A DNA stretch of 64,000 bases from Bacteroidales bacterium (GTDB lineage: Bacteria > Bacteroidota > Bacteroidia > Bacteroidales > VadinHA17). The stretch lies in contig JAXDBC010000038.1 of NCBI GenBank assembly GCA_034679225.1, positions 10,595-74,594 on the forward strand, written 5' to 3'. The notes beneath the pieces were generated by a model. That model made no database searches, had not been told where the DNA came from, and saw only the letters and a program-made list of their open reading frames with translations. Within the stretch, counting starts at the first letter, position 1; each line of letters begins with the position of its first letter. The translations under genes and the position numbers were made by a program. Of this stretch, positions 61,575-64,000 are shown piece after piece.

Positions 61575-61667
61575 AATAAATCCGGACTGCAGGAATAATC
61601 ATTCTGACATCAATTGTTTCCGGACCGCCCGCTTAAGCTATACTGTCAAATTGGCAAACAACGGGTG

Positions 61668-61684
61668 TTGGCAGATTATTTGCT
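61668..61684 (+). promoter_or_regulatory. Possible sigma-54-type -24/-12 element upstream of grpE
   Basis: TTGGCAGATTATTTGCT has the GG and GC dinucleotides exactly 12 nt apart, 36 nt before the grpE ATG. Confidence 0.3.
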
Positions 61685-61719
61685 GACAAGAAGTGTAAAT
61701 CAGAAAAAACTATTGCTAA

Positions 61720-62364
61720 ATGGTCAAGAAAAGAAAAATCCAGGACGGCGAGGATAAAGATATAAACCACCCTGAAACATCTGAAAATAAAAGCAATGCG
61801 AATGCTCATGACTCTGAGGCTACCGTAGCATCAAAGCCGGGCGCTGAAGATGAACCAAAGGCAGGTCAGTCTGACCCGGAAACAGCAGCCAGTGAAGAAG
61901 CTGACAAAAGGAAAGAAGAAGACAGGGCAATACTGGAAAAACTGGCAGAGATGCAGGACAAGTATCTGAGGCTTTCAGCCGAGTTTGACAATTACAGAAA
62001 ACGCACCTTAAAGGAAAAGATGGATATTTCCAAATATGCCGGAGAAGAAATAATGAAAGACATCCTTCCTATCATTGACGATTTCGACAGGGCTCTGAAG
62101 CATATGGAATCATCGCCTGATTGTGAAGGGATCAAGGAAGGCATTGACCTGATCTACAATAAGTTTATTGATTACCTGAAGCGTCAGGGAATTAAAGAGA
62201 TAGAGTCGCTGAATGAAGTATTCAATGTTGACATTCATGATGCAACCGCGAAGCTCCAGGTTGAGGAAGAAGAAAGGAAGGGCAAGGTGGTGGAAGTGCT
62301 TCTGAAAGGCTATTACCTTAAGGATAAGGTACTCAGACATTCAAAGGTTGTTATAGGAGAATAA
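61720..62364 (+). CDS. grpE: Nucleotide exchange factor GrpE
   Basis: Acidic N-terminus, RLSAEFDNYRKR motif. Confidence 0.94.
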   Translation: MVKKRKIQDGEDKDINHPETSENKSNANAHDSEATVASKPGAEDEPKAGQSDPETAASEEADKRKEEDRAILEKLAEMQDKYLRLSAEFDNYRKRTLKEKMDISKYAGEEIMKDILPIIDDFDRALKHMESSPDCEGIKEGIDLIYNKFIDYLKRQGIKEIESLNEVFNVDIHDATAKLQVEEEERKGKVVEVLLKGYYLKDKVLRHSKVVIGE

Positions 62365-62399
62365 TCAGGATTGCTGTTATAATTCCTGTTGAACAGGAA

Positions 62400-62516
62400 A
62401 TGAAACCCACATGTATTGCATACACAAACACGTATCTATATAATTTTCAAACATGTGGGTTCCCCCGCTTGAGCGGGGCAGGCTATCATACCATTGAAGT
62501 CAATATTATATTATGA
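62400..62516 (+). repeat. ATG-headed repeat module, copy 1 (38-codon frame MKPTCIAYTNTYLYNFQTCGFPRLSGAGYHTIEVNIIL)
   Basis: Lies between grpE and dnaJ. Contains an AACCCACATGT/ACATGTGGGTT inverted repeat and a CCCCGC-TTGA-GCGGGG hairpin. Its stop lies 18 nt before the dnaJ ATG. Confidence 0.6.
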
Positions 62517-62534
62517 TGAAATAAAGGAGTCGGG

Positions 62535-63689
62535 ATGGAAAAAAGAGATTATTATGAAGTGCTTGGCGTGTCGAAGGAAGCGACTAAGGAGGAAATAAAG
62601 AAAGCATACCGCAAGCAGGCATTGAAATATCATCCCGACAAGAATCCCGGCGACAAGGCTGCCGAGGAGAAATTCAAAGAGGCTGCAGCGGCATACGAAG
62701 TTCTGAGCAATGATGAAAAGCGTGCCAGGTACGATCGCTTCGGACATGCAGGAGTAAGCGGAGCCGGTGAAGGATTCGGCGGTCCGGGAGGTATGACCAT
62801 GGAGGATATCTTTTCGTCATTCGGGGATATTTTCGGTGATGCCTTCGGAGGATTTGCCGGATTCGGATCTTCGAGAAGAAGCGGTGGAAGGAGGGTTAAT
62901 AAAGGCACCAATTTAAGGGTCAGGGTAAAACTGGACCTTCAGGAAATTTCGGCAGGCACCGAAAAAAAGATCAAGGTAAGCAAATATGTAAGCTGCAGCA
63001 AATGTGACGGTTCAGGTGCAGCCGATGCAAACAGCATCACGAACTGCACCACCTGCCACGGTTCGGGGCATATTACCCGTATTGCCAATACGCTTCTTGG
63101 GCAGATGCAAACCACTTCGGTATGCCCCTCGTGCAACGGCGAGGGAAAGACCGTTACTAAAAAGTGTGCTTCATGCTATGGTGAGGGAATTGTTCGGAAG
63201 GATGAGATAATAAATATCAATATCCCTGCCGGTGTCTCCAGGGGTATGCAGATGAACCTTGAGGGAAAGGGCAACGCGGCACGACGCGGAGGTATCAACG
63301 GTGATCTCATCGTGGTCATCGACGAGGAAGAACACCCCGAACTCATAAGGGAAGGCAAGGACCTTATCCACAATCTCTTCATCAGCATACCTGATTCAAT
63401 CCTTGGATCCAATGTTGAAGTACCGACAGTCGAGAACAGGGTGAAAATAAAGATAGAGCCCGGCACCCAGCCAGGGAAGATACTGAGGCTCAGGGGCAAG
63501 GGATTGCCTGAAGTAAACGGCTACGGGAGAGGCGATCTGCTTGTTAACGTTAATGTCTGGATTCCGAAAAATATCACAAGGGAAGAATCTAGAATAATTG
63601 AAAAGTTTAAGGACAGTGAGTCCTTCGTCCCTAAGCCCGACAAGGATGACAAGGGATTCTTTGAAAGGATGAGAGGCTATTTCCAGTAG
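62535..63689 (+). CDS. dnaJ: Molecular chaperone DnaJ
   Basis: J domain (HPDKNPGD), G/F region, four CxxCxGxG zinc motifs. Confidence 0.97.
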   Translation: MEKRDYYEVLGVSKEATKEEIKKAYRKQALKYHPDKNPGDKAAEEKFKEAAAAYEVLSNDEKRARYDRFGHAGVSGAGEGFGGPGGMTMEDIFSSFGDIFGDAFGGFAGFGSSRRSGGRRVNKGTNLRVRVKLDLQEISAGTEKKIKVSKYVSCSKCDGSGAADANSITNCTTCHGSGHITRIANTLLGQMQTTSVCPSCNGEGKTVTKKCASCYGEGIVRKDEIININIPAGVSRGMQMNLEGKGNAARRGGINGDLIVVIDEEEHPELIREGKDLIHNLFISIPDSILGSNVEVPTVENRVKIKIEPGTQPGKILRLRGKGLPEVNGYGRGDLLVNVNVWIPKNITREESRIIEKFKDSESFVPKPDKDDKGFFERMRGYFQ

Positions 63690-63854
63690 CCGCCGCCAAG
63701 CTGTATAGCCATAAACGGAATGTCACCGTTTCACCGGCTGTACGCTGATTCTTTAGGATAATTTCACTGTTTTAAATATGCATTGCCGAAACCGCTGTAG
63801 TTTTTGAGAGTTTCCTATATTTACATCTCTGTTTTATCCATACCTCAAATTAAT

Positions 63855-64000
63855 ATGGCACTTTTTGAAGCAAGAAACGTCACAAAGCAGTTCGGATCGC
63901 TTTATGCTTTAAACAAAGTAAGCATATCGGTTCCCGAACAGTCGATCTTCGGATTGCTTGGGCCGAACGGAGCCGGTAAGACTACTCTTATCAGGATAAT
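63855..64000 (+). CDS. ABC transporter ATP-binding protein, 3'-truncated by window edge
   Basis: MALFEARNVTKQFGSLYALNKVSISVPEQSIFGLLGPNGAGKTTLIRI with Walker A. Confidence 0.85.
   Translation, partial: MALFEARNVTKQFGSLYALNKVSISVPEQSIFGLLGPNGAGKTTLIRI

Overview
This is a Bacteroidota-type chromosomal window, judged from SusC/SusD pairs, TAnnTTTG -7 boxes and the lack of Shine-Dalgarno spacing. From 1 to 18 kb it holds the 3' part of fusA, the complete S10-spc-alpha ribosomal superoperon (rpsJ to rplQ, including secY, map, infA, rpoA) and eno. The sub-60-aa genes rpmD and rpmJ are missing from the ORF track but are clearly present. From 18 to 64 kb the genes are mixed housekeeping and accessory. 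They include a UbiD-family decarboxylase, a hybrid sensor kinase, ppk2, hisS and thiamine pyrophosphokinase. Two convergent SusC/SusD pairs bracket an amidohydrolase, a BNR propeller protein and a CxxCH/PD40 lipoprotein plus polytopic membrane protein pair. Further on come DAHP synthase, a TPP-riboswitch-controlled TonB receptor + PnuC-family (PnuT-like) operon, ogt, dedA, a GH51 arabinofuranosidase, kup, capA-like, murA, grpE-dnaJ and the start of an ABC ATPase. Four things are not explained by the genes. (1) A dispersed family of 7-nt and 8-nt tandem arrays sits at seven loci. One array lies inside the riboswitch-controlled pnuT-like gene and splits it into two frames that a gain of one heptamer (or loss of two) would re-fuse. 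Another fills a whole intercistronic gap right up to a start codon. (2) A repeated module starts with ATG and keeps a 28-38 codon frame. It is always co-oriented with, and 18 nt upstream of, overlapping (ATGA), or fused to the next gene's start. (3) A ~470-nt GC-rich, ORF-free, hairpin-dense segment behind its own -7 box is a candidate large ncRNA that I could not match to any family by eye. (4) A 142-bp MITE-like element with ~18-bp terminal inverted repeats is present in three copies, embedded in mosaic palindrome and G5 modules. All functional interpretations of these four are inference; the sequence patterns themselves are directly visible.
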